Made by a program: the position numbers and the translations under genes. The notes beneath the pieces were generated by a model that was not told the DNA's origin, ran no database searches, and saw only the letters and a program-made list of their open reading frames with translations. DNA of 32,000 bases from an uncultured bacterium (GTDB lineage Bacteria; Margulisbacteria; WOR-1; CAVSGV01). This document shows positions 1 to 8,941 of the stretch, piece by piece (the stretch's first letter is position 1; each line of letters starts with the position of its first letter). The stretch is from NCBI GenBank assembly GCA_963699255.1, contig OY969425.1, positions 1,110,001 to 1,142,000 on the forward strand. Reading direction: 5' to 3'.

Positions 1-49
1 CATTGTTTTCATAACCTGCATCAAGGGCTTCTACTTTCAGCATTTCCAT
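1..49 (-). CDS. ABC transporter ATP-binding protein, N-terminal fragment (partial, runs off left edge)
   Basis: Minus-strand ATG at 49 reads MEMLKVEALDAGYENN. It overlaps the permease stop (TAATG), as expected for the ATPase of an Fe/B12-type ABC operon. Confidence 0.6.
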   Translation of the reverse strand, partial: MEMLKVEALDAGYENN

Positions 50-870
50 TATAATCCCAACCTCCTTCTCTGCATTGCGTATATGAACAGCGGACCGCTT
101 AAAACCATCATGACGATCCCCAGCGGTACTTCCGTCGGGAATATTATCCTTGAGAATATATCGATCAAAATAACAAGCGAAGCAGATGTCAATATTGAAG
201 CGGGGATCATGTACTTATAATTGAACCCGGTCACAAGCCTGACATAATACGGGATTATCAAGCCCGCAAGGCACAAAAGGCCGCAGGCGTATACGGCAGC
301 AGCCGACAGGATCAAAGTGACGATGAAAAGAAATACCCTGATCCATCTCACTTCCACTCCCAACGTTTTTGCCGTATATCCGCCGAACAAAAGCGCATTC
401 AGGTCCTTGTAATAAAACACATAAACCACAAGTCCCGCCAGTATGAACAGGAACGTGATAAATACTTTATACCATGTAGTTCCGGTCAGGCTCCCCAGAA
501 GCCAGGGGTATAATGAATGCAGGTTCAATCCGAAAGCGATCATGAAAACGGAAACCGCCGCGACAGCGGATGCGGCCAGGTAAAATAATTTAACGGCCAG
601 ATTATCGATAATTATCACGCCGAATATGCCGAGCATTATGGAGCCGGCCATGGCGAGCAGCGTGCCGGAAAGTATCTCAAGAAAAAGGCGGGGCATCCTT
701 ATTTGCCAGATCATCAAGGAAACATTTGTGCCGCCAAAAGCAAAGACGGACGTGAAAACTTTCTGGGCGGATATTTTTGTGGAACCTATAAGCAGTGAAA
801 GGAAAGACAGGATAACGATGACGATCAAAAGATAAACAACAAAAGGCAGCCGGGTCTTTAGTCTGCTCAT
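49..870 (-). CDS. FecCD/BtuC-like ABC transporter permease, unusually short (273 aa)
   Basis: Family-like motifs 'WQIRMPRLFLEILSGTLLAMAGSIM', 'WLLGSLTG', 'GLIIPYYVRLVTG' and 'TEVPLGIVMMVLSGPLFIYAMQRRR'. Adjacent to a substrate-binding protein and an ATPase start. Confidence 0.8.
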   Translation of the reverse strand: MSRLKTRLPFVVYLLIVIVILSFLSLLIGSTKISAQKVFTSVFAFGGTNVSLMIWQIRMPRLFLEILSGTLLAMAGSIMLGIFGVIIIDNLAVKLFYLAASAVAAVSVFMIAFGLNLHSLYPWLLGSLTGTTWYKVFITFLFILAGLVVYVFYYKDLNALLFGGYTAKTLGVEVRWIRVFLFIVTLILSAAAVYACGLLCLAGLIIPYYVRLVTGFNYKYMIPASILTSASLVILIDIFSRIIFPTEVPLGIVMMVLSGPLFIYAMQRRRLGL

Positions 871-884
871 TTACTCCCCCCGAT

Positions 885-1787
885 CTATGGTAGGGACCAT
901 CCATGTGCAAATGCCGCTATTTCCTCCAGCGCCTGCACAACCCTGGGTCCGGGCCTTGAAAAAACATCTGTCTCTATCGATACCGCCTTCTTGTTCTTCC
1001 CGGCGCTGGTCTTCCTGAAGTCCCTACTATTATATATACCTCTCGGATCGTTTGCAACATTTGTCCCTGTGATTATTACATCCGGATCGGCCTTTGATAT
1101 TTCATCCCTTTTCATCTCGGGGTACATACCTTTTCCCTTGGGAGAGACATCGATGAGGCCGGAAAGCTTAAGCAGGTCATGAAGATATGTGCCATCCGCA
1201 GCGACCGTAAGCGGGCGCTTTTTAACTACGACTACCGCCTTAAGCCTTCTCTCTTTCATTGCCCGCGCCTCGACCCATTCAACGCGGCGTTTCATTTTCT
1301 GAAGAAGGCTGTATGCCGAATGCTCCTTGTTCGTTACGGTCCCTATCACCGAGATCGTATTGTATATGTCGCGAAGGCTGTGAGGGTCCACCGCGAAGAC
1401 CTTTATAGGGCTCGGCTGAGATTCGCCCGATGCCGGCGGAAGCATTGTCCGCCTCAGCTGCGCAATGTCCGATTTTTGAGCCTCCAGGTTTGCCAGGACC
1501 AGGTCCGGCTTAAGTTCAGCGATCTTTCTGATGTCCGCCCTGTCATTGCCGACCTTCTCCGTCTGCTTTGCGTCTTCGGGATAATTGCAATTCTTCGTGA
1601 TCCCGACTATCTTGTCGTTCAGGTTCAAGGCAAAAAGTATTTCTGTAATGGCCGGATCGATAGATATTATCCTGGCCGGAGGCTGCTTTTGTTCCAGTAT
1701 GTCGCCGGACGCGTCCCTGGTCTTTATAGGATAAATGATCCTGTTAAAGCTTATTGCAGAGGCAATACCTGAAGCCAGAAACAACAT
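885..1787 (-). CDS. ABC transporter periplasmic substrate-binding protein, BtuF/FepB/TroA-like fold; true start probably upstream near 1814
   Basis: 'PPARIISIDPAITEILFALNLNDKIVGITKNCNYPEDAKQTEKVGNDRADIRKIAELKPDLVLA' is typical of the Fe/B12 binding protein family. Operonic with the permease. Confidence 0.85.
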   Translation of the reverse strand: MLFLASGIASAISFNRIIYPIKTRDASGDILEQKQPPARIISIDPAITEILFALNLNDKIVGITKNCNYPEDAKQTEKVGNDRADIRKIAELKPDLVLANLEAQKSDIAQLRRTMLPPASGESQPSPIKVFAVDPHSLRDIYNTISVIGTVTNKEHSAYSLLQKMKRRVEWVEARAMKERRLKAVVVVKKRPLTVAADGTYLHDLLKLSGLIDVSPKGKGMYPEMKRDEISKADPDVIITGTNVANDPRGIYNSRDFRKTSAGKNKKAVSIETDVFSRPGPRVVQALEEIAAFAHGWSLP

Positions 1788-1859
1788 TATAAGAATAATG
1801 GATGCTTTTCTAATTTTAATCTCCCCTTTTAGCCGGACAATGATACATTATGTTATGAT

Positions 1860-3992
1860 TTACTTTATCCCTAGCGACCTTAACATTTCGCTTGTGGCGA
1901 TAATCTTGCGCGGCTTATTGTCATCTTCAAGAGCTGATACTATCCCAGCGGCTTCCATTTCATCCATAAGCCTGGCGGCGCGATTGTACCCGATCCTTAA
2001 TCTTCTCTGCAGGTGGGATGTGGAAGCCTGTCCGCCGGATACAATGATCTTTACAGCTTCGGCGAAAAGGTCGTCCTTTCCCCCCTCACCCGCGGCTCCT
2101 CCGGCTGCCATCACCCCGGCTTCTATATCGATTATTTCCTGAGAATACTGCGGCTGGGCCTGCTTCTTTATGAAAGACGTGATGCGCTCCACTTCATTAT
2201 CGGAAACGAACGCGCCCTGAAGCCTGAACGGCTTCATAGCCCCTATCGGATGATAAAGCATGTCTCCCTTCCCAAGAAGTTTTTCAGCTCCGGCTATGTC
2301 AAGGATAACACGTGAATCGACTTGTGTGGCTACAGCGAACGATATTCTTGACGGGATATTCGCCTTTATCAGCCCTGTTATGACATCAACCGAAGGCCTT
2401 TGCGTTGCGATCACAAGGTGAATGCCGGTCGCGCGGGCCATCTGGGCTATTCGGCATATGGTCGTTTCAACCTCATTGGCCGCGACCATCATCATGTCCG
2501 CCAGCTCGTCAATGATTATGACCAGGTAAGGCAGGGCCTCAAGTTCTTTGGGCTTAGCCGCGGCCTTAGCGTTGAACGCTTCCAGATTCCTCACACCGGT
2601 GGCGTAAAAAGTCTTGTAGCGGCGGTCCATTTCCTTCAGGACCCATTCCTTTAATGTCCTTGCCGCTTTTCTCGGGTCAGTGACGACCGGAGCCAGAAGA
2701 TGAGGTATATCGTTGTAATGCGACAGCTCTACCATTTTCGGATCGATCATAACGAACTTGACCTCGTCAGGCCTGGCCCTTAAAAGCAGGCTGATGATCA
2801 AAGTGTTAATGCAGACACTCTTACCTGATCCGGTCGTGCCGGCTATGAGCAGATGCGGCATTTTCCCCAGGTCGCCGAAGATCGGAGCGCCTGACAGGTC
2901 CTTGCCGATGCTTATAAAAAGCTTTGAATAATGGTTCTGGAATTCTTCGGTCTTTACGATATCCCTTAACCGGACCGGATTAACGGTGGGGTTGGGCACT
3001 TCTATCCCTACCGCCGCCTTTCCCGGGATGGGGGCTTCTATCCTTACTCCCTGTGAAGCAAGATTAAGGGAAATGTCATCGGCGAGGTTCGCGATCCGGC
3101 TTACTTTAACTCCCGGCTCCGGCTGGACCTCGTACCTTGTCACGGCAGGCCCCTGATGGACGGCTACGACCGAAGCTTCTATCCCGAAAGATCTCAATGT
3201 TTCTTCGAGCGCCTTTTTCCTTATTTCGATCGTTTCCTTTAACTTTTCCTCCCTCTGGCGGTCCTTGTCCGTCGGCAGATCAAGCAGCTCAAGAGGCGGG
3301 AGTTCGTATCTGCCCAGCTTTTTAGGAGAGGCGACAGCAGGTCTGGGTTTTTGCGGCTCAGGCGCTTTTCTTTCTTCTTTCTCAAATTCAATCGTCGCGG
3401 CATTCAATTCCTTAATGACAGGTATCATGGAAGGGATCGATCTTCTATCGGCATTTTCGGCAGGCTTCGGCTTTTTCGCCGGCCATCTCTTAAAAAATAT
3501 TGTAAATAGATAATCCCAGAGCCTGGAAATAGCGTGCGTCAGGGTTATATTGAAGATCAGGATCAAGGATATAAGGAACATTGATGACAGGACAATGTAC
3601 GAACCAGTTGAGCCGAAGGTCCCTTCAAGCCCACCTTTGATGACGGAGCCCAAAAATCCCCCGTCGCCGAAAGAGATCATTGTGCAGAAAAGAAGGAGTA
3701 TCCCAAGGACCTGGACCGTCAGAAGAAAGGTCTGCCGCCTCAGCATGAGTATAACGCCGAAGAATCCAATGAAATAAGGAAGAAAGTAAACCCCTACTCC
3801 GATCGCGGGCATTATGAACTTCCTGACAAGGTAAAGGCCCATAAGACCGGTCGATCCTGCCGGCTGGCCGGAGGAATTCGTTGAAAGGAAAATAAAAAGG
3901 GCAAAAGCAATGAGCAGTATCCCGATTATGTCCTGCCTTAAGTGAGAAGGCTTTCCTGTTTGTTCGAATCTTCGCTTCCTTGCCAATTCCAA
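1860..3992 (-). CDS. ftsK: DNA translocase FtsK/SpoIIIE
   Basis: N-terminal TM helices, '[20 protein letters not shown]' Walker A, '[15 protein letters not shown]' Walker B, '[17 protein letters not shown]', and C-terminal gamma winged-helix '[25 protein letters not shown]'. Confidence 0.97.
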   Translation of the reverse strand: MELARKRRFEQTGKPSHLRQDIIGILLIAFALFIFLSTNSSGQPAGSTGLMGLYLVRKFIMPAIGVGVYFLPYFIGFFGVILMLRRQTFLLTVQVLGILLLFCTMISFGDGGFLGSVIKGGLEGTFGSTGSYIVLSSMFLISLILIFNITLTHAISRLWDYLFTIFFKRWPAKKPKPAENADRRSIPSMIPVIKELNAATIEFEKEERKAPEPQKPRPAVASPKKLGRYELPPLELLDLPTDKDRQREEKLKETIEIRKKALEETLRSFGIEASVVAVHQGPAVTRYEVQPEPGVKVSRIANLADDISLNLASQGVRIEAPIPGKAAVGIEVPNPTVNPVRLRDIVKTEEFQNHYSKLFISIGKDLSGAPIFGDLGKMPHLLIAGTTGSGKSVCINTLIISLLLRARPDEVKFVMIDPKMVELSHYNDIPHLLAPVVTDPRKAARTLKEWVLKEMDRRYKTFYATGVRNLEAFNAKAAAKPKELEALPYLVIIIDELADMMMVAANEVETTICRIAQMARATGIHLVIATQRPSVDVITGLIKANIPSRISFAVATQVDSRVILDIAGAEKLLGKGDMLYHPIGAMKPFRLQGAFVSDNEVERITSFIKKQAQPQYSQEIIDIEAGVMAAGGAAGEGGKDDLFAEAVKIIVSGGQASTSHLQRRLRIGYNRAARLMDEMEAAGIVSALEDDNKPRKIIATSEMLRSLGIK

Positions 3993-4022
3993 TACCTCTG
4001 GGCGAAATTATAACATAAAAGC

Positions 4023-4104
4023 AACCGCGACTAAAGCTCTCTTGCTATAGAATTGTAAGGGAAAAGAATATTTCTTCTGTCGGGCTGAATCCGGTGTCGC
4101 GGTT
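4023..4104. repeat. Diverged candidate copy of the dispersed hairpin repeat, with expanded loop
   Basis: AACCGCGAC (4023-4031) is inverted relative to GTCGCGGTT (4096-4104), 9 bp perfect. It matches the arm sequence of the four clear copies. Confidence 0.45.
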
Positions 4105-4181
4105 ACATGGAAAACATTTGACCTGGCAGGACCATCAAAATGGTGGGCCTCATGATCACGAACGGGCTTATCCTTTTTTCT

Positions 4182-4640
4182 TCAATGCTTTAATAAGACC
4201 TGAATAAGAGTATCGACGACTATTTGTGACTTTCCGGAATCAGCGAGATTCCTTAAAACAGCTATTGACTGACTTCGACCAGTTTCATTACCTCCGGGCC
4301 AACTGCCCCAGTATCCGTTAACGGTCAATATATTGCTGAGTACATTATCGATCTTATTTGATAAGGCGACTTTTGCATGATCTTGAACAACGGTATTTTT
4401 ATCTTTCGATGCTATGTCAAGAGCGTTAATTATTTCTAACTGTAAATCCAAGGAAAGTTTGGAGAAGGTATCAAGGTTGCCAAGGGAATCTGCTGCGCTA
4501 ATTTGACCTTTCACATCATTTCCATTTCTCAGAGCCTTAATAAGATCTTCGATGTCTTTCGTTTTACTCATCATCATTCCATACTCAATCGGCGCCTTCC
4601 TTACTGGCACATTTTTCAAACTATCAACACCATCCGCCAT
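4182..4640 (-). CDS. Small HEAT/armadillo-like protein of unknown function (152 aa)
   Basis: Helical repeat-like composition ('AADSLGNLDTFSKLSLDLQLEIINALDIASKDKNTVVQDHAKVAL'). Preceded by AAGGAGGCGTTTAAT-ATG. Confidence 0.6.
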   Translation of the reverse strand: MADGVDSLKNVPVRKAPIEYGMMMSKTKDIEDLIKALRNGNDVKGQISAADSLGNLDTFSKLSLDLQLEIINALDIASKDKNTVVQDHAKVALSNKIDNVLSNILTVNGYWGSWPGGNETGRSQSIAVLRNLADSGKSQIVVDTLIQVLLKH

Positions 4641-4764
4641 ATTAAACGCCTCCTTTTGTTCCTGCCTATTTAGAGACCATATATCCCAAAAATTTCAGAT
4701 TTTGGAAATTCTGTTCTATAAACGGTTTGCCTCATTAACCCATACCCCCTCCTTGACCATCAAA

Positions 4765-5460
4765 TCATGAAGGGTAGATCTTTTTAAACAGGATATCCTG
4801 AAGAGATTGGAGGTTTTTCTTCCCCGGGTCCAGATCAGTGGCAGTCTTGAGTAATTCAACCACGTCATTATAAATGGATTTTAATTCCGGAATATTGTTG
4901 GACTTATCAATAAATTCCTTTACGTTGCTTGCGATAAATCGAACATTGTCATCTTTGTCCTTCAATAACATCGAGCTGAGTTGACGGCTTATCTTTATAT
5001 TGTCAGCCGAAGAAAGCTTGGTGCCTAGAATATTTTGCAAGGAAAATGCTATGCTGGCCCGAACATCACCATCTTTCTCCTTCTCCGATAGTTTAATTAG
5101 AGGGTCTATCATCTGCGACAACAGATCCCTGGAGGCCCCGACATCGGGGTAGCCAAAAACCCCCAGGGTTTCCGCCGCCACATTTCGAATATTCACATTA
5201 TTATCATTCAATTTATCAATAAGAAATTTGACCGTTGCCTGCTGTGAATGCAAAGAATTCAGTTTGTAAATGGACTTTTGTATTTTGATTTTTGCGCTAT
5301 CCGGTGCCGTACCAGTCCCGCTTTTTACCGCTTCGAACAGATCCTCTATTTGACTTTCTATCGTATCCTTTTTTGGCCCCTCCTTTGGCGCCTGTTTTAT
5401 AGCCTTTTGTTGAGAGAGTTTGTTCCCAGTGCTGTCGATCCTGCTAGAAAAATCTATCAT
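4765..5460 (-). CDS. HEAT-repeat-like protein (231 aa)
   Basis: HEAT-like units 'DNNVRNIAAETLGVFGYPDVG', 'DGDVRASIAFSLQNILG' and 'DDNVRFIASNVKEFID'. Preceded by AAGGAGGCGTTTAAT-ATG. Confidence 0.75.
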   Translation of the reverse strand: MIDFSSRIDSTGNKLSQQKAIKQAPKEGPKKDTIESQIEDLFEAVKSGTGTAPDSAKIKIQKSIYKLNSLHSQQATVKFLIDKLNDNNVNIRNVAAETLGVFGYPDVGASRDLLSQMIDPLIKLSEKEKDGDVRASIAFSLQNILGTKLSSADNIKISRQLSSMLLKDKDDNVRFIASNVKEFIDKSNNIPELKSIYNDVVELLKTATDLDPGKKNLQSLQDILFKKIYPS

Positions 5461-5628
5461 ATTAAACGCCTCCTTCTAATGCCCCCCGGAAGTCCCAGCC
5501 ATATGGACATATTACATTATATACCATATATCAGCCATTTTAAATCAAGAAAATTGGAACAGGGAAACACGATCGGGGGCAAGATGGGAGTAAGACAACT
5601 ATACGGGAAAATGATATAATCCAGAGTC

Positions 5629-6843
5629 ATGATCGTAATCGTCATTTTCTTGCTTCTGATAGCAACTCTCATTTATTTCTACAAGCGCGAGTTCGAGGTG
5701 AGAACTATCGTTTCGAAGGCCGCCTCAGGCAAAGGGCCCAGGATAGGGATCGTCTCCGACTGGCACAATACGGGAGTTCCATACCAGTCAAGGTTCCTGT
5801 CCGAATGTTTGAGCGGAAAACACGACGTGTTCATATTCGCGTACAACAAATATATGAAAGACAAGGCTGATTGGGGTTATAAAAATCTTGTCTTCACAAA
5901 GAACATCAAGCCCTGGAAAGTGATCAACTGGATCAAAAAAGAAGGTTTGAAAGCGGTCTTCTTTCCTGACAGGCTGGAAGATCCGGAGGTCCTGGACTGG
6001 TGCAAAAAGAGCGGCGTAGCTACAGTGATGATAATAAATTATGAGACGATAAAGAAAGAAGAGTTCGATCTATACGGGAAGAACTCCTTTCTGATGTGCC
6101 CCGTCAGGTGCACATATGACCTGTTAAAAAAATGCGGGCTCAGGAACGTCCGGTTCATCCGCTGGGCGGTGGATGACGGGATTTTCTCCGCCAAAGGCGG
6201 ATCCGCCTCCGGCGGAAGTCCTGGAAAAACGCCGATCAGGCCGCCGATAAGGTTCATCCACAACGCGGGTTTCGGTGGAGCTCAGTGGAGAAAGAACACT
6301 CTCGCCGTCGTGGAAGCATTTGAATCCGCGTGTAAAAAGAACAAGAACATCATCCTGATACTTAAGTCGCAAAAGCCCATTAAGGAATATCCTGAAAAAT
6401 TACGTGATATAATAAACGACAACGGCAGGATAAGGGTGATAGACAAGGACCTGGACCTCGGCAGGCTGATAGAACTTTACCGCTCGTGCCATGTTTCCAT
6501 ATTGCCCAGCAAATGGGAAGGGATAGGCATCCCCTTCATAGAATCCCTTTCGCTGGGGCTTCCGGTGATCACCGTCGATGCTCCGCCCATGAACGAATGG
6601 GTAAAGGACGGCTTCAACGGGCTCCTTGCCAGGGTCCTTAGATGGGAGCAGAGAAAAGACAGGAAGCTTCTGGTCAAAGGCGCGATAGTTGACGCGCCTG
6701 ATCTTTCAAAAAAGATGCTCAAGCTCACGGACGGCAAGCTAATCGAAAGGTTCGGCAGGAACGCGGTCAGTAGCGCCCGGGGGATGAAGAAAAGATTCAC
6801 AAAAGAAGTTGAAAGGCTGGTAATTTCCGCATGCAAAAAGTAG
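5629..6843 (+). CDS. Glycosyltransferase family 4-like protein with N-terminal TM segment
   Basis: 'PSKWEGIGIPFIESLSLGLPVITVDAPPMNEWVKDGFNGLL' is the GT4 donor-binding motif region. N-terminal 'MIVIVIFLLLIATLIYFY' helix. Confidence 0.85.
   Translation: MIVIVIFLLLIATLIYFYKREFEVRTIVSKAASGKGPRIGIVSDWHNTGVPYQSRFLSECLSGKHDVFIFAYNKYMKDKADWGYKNLVFTKNIKPWKVINWIKKEGLKAVFFPDRLEDPEVLDWCKKSGVATVMIINYETIKKEEFDLYGKNSFLMCPVRCTYDLLKKCGLRNVRFIRWAVDDGIFSAKGGSASGGSPGKTPIRPPIRFIHNAGFGGAQWRKNTLAVVEAFESACKKNKNIILILKSQKPIKEYPEKLRDIINDNGRIRVIDKDLDLGRLIELYRSCHVSILPSKWEGIGIPFIESLSLGLPVITVDAPPMNEWVKDGFNGLLARVLRWEQRKDRKLLVKGAIVDAPDLSKKMLKLTDGKLIERFGRNAVSSARGMKKRFTKEVERLVISACKK
6188..6215. repeat. GC-rich palindromic element inside a coding region
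   Basis: CCGCC AAA GGCGG AT CCGCC TCC GGCGG. Core GGCGGATCCGCC (6196-6207) is a perfect palindrome. It encodes 'AKGGSASGGS'. Confidence 0.6.
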
Positions 6844-8045
6844 CGATAATCGCCCCGAACTCGCTCCCGATCCCGCCCGTAAGGGGCGGAGGAATTCAAG
6901 CTGTAATTGCCGAGGTCGTCCCTCTCTACAAGGAATTCAAGCCTTATGTTTTTTCAAATTGTGAATACGGGATCGACAATCTGCCATTAAAAGAAACTTC
7001 CGGAGCAGTGGAACACAGGCGCATCTGCCAGTCTCCCTGGGACGAATTCAAGATCAACCTGAGGCATCTTTCCACCATGAACTATTTCCCGTATGTCTTT
7101 GAAATAATCAGGCAGATCAAAGAGATAAAACCGGACCTGATCGAAGTGATGAACAGGCCGTGGTTCCTGCCGATACTGAGAAAGTATCTAGGCCCGGACG
7201 TAAAGATTATCCTCCATCATTTCAACAACTATCTTATGGAAATGAACAAAAATAGGGCGAAAAAATACCTGGACCTGGTGGATGGTTTTGTAGGATGCAG
7301 CAACTTCACCGTCGAGGCGGAAGTATTGCGCAGGTTCCCGGAATATAAAAGCAAATGCTCTACCGTTAGCCACGGCATAGACATAAACAAATTCGATCCC
7401 GACAGGCTGGATCAAGCCGCTCTGGCCAAACTGAGAGAAAAATACGGCATAAAAAAAGATGATATCGTCTTTCTATATATCGGCAGGCTTTCACAAGACA
7501 AGGGCGCCGGACAATTCCTGGAAGCCGCAAAGGTGCTGATAAACAATATCGGGATCAGACAGGTAAAAGTGATGCTCGTCGGTTCAAGCTTTTTCGGCGG
7601 GCAGACCAAGGTAACTCCTTTCATGAAGGAGCTTCAAATTTCCGCGGAAGAAGTCAAAAAGAACATCATCTTCACCGGTTTCATAAACAGGCCGGACATA
7701 CCCGGCATTTACGGGCTCGCGAACATCGTCGTGGTCCCGTCCATAGTGATGGATGCTTCCCCTTCCGTATGCTACGAAGCTTCCGCAATGAGCCTGCCAA
7801 TAATAGCGTCAAAGCGGGGCGGCATACCTGAGATCGTGAAAGACAAAGAAACCGGGCTTCTGGTGAACGATCCCGAGGATATAGACGAACTGGCGGAAAA
7901 AATGCTATATTTCGTCAAGGAGCCCGATGAGGCCAAGGCATTCGGCCGCCGCGGCAGGCAGCTTATGGCAAAACATTATACTTGGGAGGCCGTAGCTGGT
8001 AAAATAGAGGACACGTACAGGAAGGTCCTTAAAGGAAGGAAATGA
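6831..8045 (+). CDS. Glycosyltransferase family 4 (CotSA/PimA-like)
   Basis: 'MQKVAIIAPNSLPIPPVRGGGIQAVIAEV', 'FLYIGRLSQDKGAGQFLEAAK' and 'EASAMSLPIIASKRGGIPEIVKDKETGLLV'. Confidence 0.93.
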   Translation: MQKVAIIAPNSLPIPPVRGGGIQAVIAEVVPLYKEFKPYVFSNCEYGIDNLPLKETSGAVEHRRICQSPWDEFKINLRHLSTMNYFPYVFEIIRQIKEIKPDLIEVMNRPWFLPILRKYLGPDVKIILHHFNNYLMEMNKNRAKKYLDLVDGFVGCSNFTVEAEVLRRFPEYKSKCSTVSHGIDINKFDPDRLDQAALAKLREKYGIKKDDIVFLYIGRLSQDKGAGQFLEAAKVLINNIGIRQVKVMLVGSSFFGGQTKVTPFMKELQISAEEVKKNIIFTGFINRPDIPGIYGLANIVVVPSIVMDASPSVCYEASAMSLPIIASKRGGIPEIVKDKETGLLVNDPEDIDELAEKMLYFVKEPDEAKAFGRRGRQLMAKHYTWEAVAGKIEDTYRKVLKGRK

Positions 8046-8941
8046 TGGCGAATTATCTGGTAACCGGCGGGGCCGGGTTCATAGGGTCCCATCTTTGCAG
8101 GAAACTCGAAGGCCTCGGCCACAAGGTCGTTTCTCTGGACAATATGCTGCACCCCTGCGAAAATCCCTTCGAATCGAAATTCGCGGACATCAGGTATTCG
8201 CAGGACATAGTGCAATTCTTCAAGGGGTGCGACGTCTGTTTCCACCTGGCCGCGCAGATATCCGTGGACAGGTCCATCCACAGCCCGCAGGAAACCATAG
8301 ACATAAACATCAACGGCACGCTTAACATGCTTGAGCTGTGCAGGAAACACGACGTTAAGCTCGTTTTCGCGTCAACTTCGGAGGTTTACGGGACCGCCCA
8401 AAAAGAAAAGATGGATGAAGACCACCCTCTTGATGCCCAGAGCCCGTACGGCGCGTCAAAGGCCGCCGCTGACAGGCTTTGCAAATCATACATCGATACA
8501 TACGGGATGAGCATCATGATCCTCAGGAATTTCAACACTTTCGGCCCTTACCAGAACGATGACAGTTACGGAGGCGTCATCGCAAGGTTCACGAAAGCGG
8601 CACTGGCGGGAGAGGATCTGAACATCTTCGGTTCCGGCGAGCAGGAAAGGGATTACATGTGGGTTGATGATGCGGTGAACGCTTACATAAAGGTCATGAA
8701 CCAAAAAGGGGTTTTCAACGCGGGAAGCGGCACCACGATAAAGGTGAACAGGATAGCGCATCTGATAAAGGAGCGCCTGAAAAGCACGAGCAAAATAGTT
8801 CACGTGGCGGGAAGGCCGGGAGAGGTGCAAAGGCTTTGCTGCGACGCGAAAAAAATAAAAGCTCTAGGATGGAAACCGAAGGTATCCATCGAAGAAGGAA
8901 TAAAGAAATATGTCGACTTCTATAAGAATTCCTTTTTATAA
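8042..8941 (+). CDS. NAD-dependent nucleotide-sugar epimerase/dehydratase (extended SDR)
   Basis: 'YLVTGGAGFIGSHLC', 'STSEVYG', 'YGASKAAADRLC' and 'RNFNTFGPYQ'. Confidence 0.95.
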   Translation: MMANYLVTGGAGFIGSHLCRKLEGLGHKVVSLDNMLHPCENPFESKFADIRYSQDIVQFFKGCDVCFHLAAQISVDRSIHSPQETIDININGTLNMLELCRKHDVKLVFASTSEVYGTAQKEKMDEDHPLDAQSPYGASKAAADRLCKSYIDTYGMSIMILRNFNTFGPYQNDDSYGGVIARFTKAALAGEDLNIFGSGEQERDYMWVDDAVNAYIKVMNQKGVFNAGSGTTIKVNRIAHLIKERLKSTSKIVHVAGRPGEVQRLCCDAKKIKALGWKPKVSIEEGIKKYVDFYKNSFL

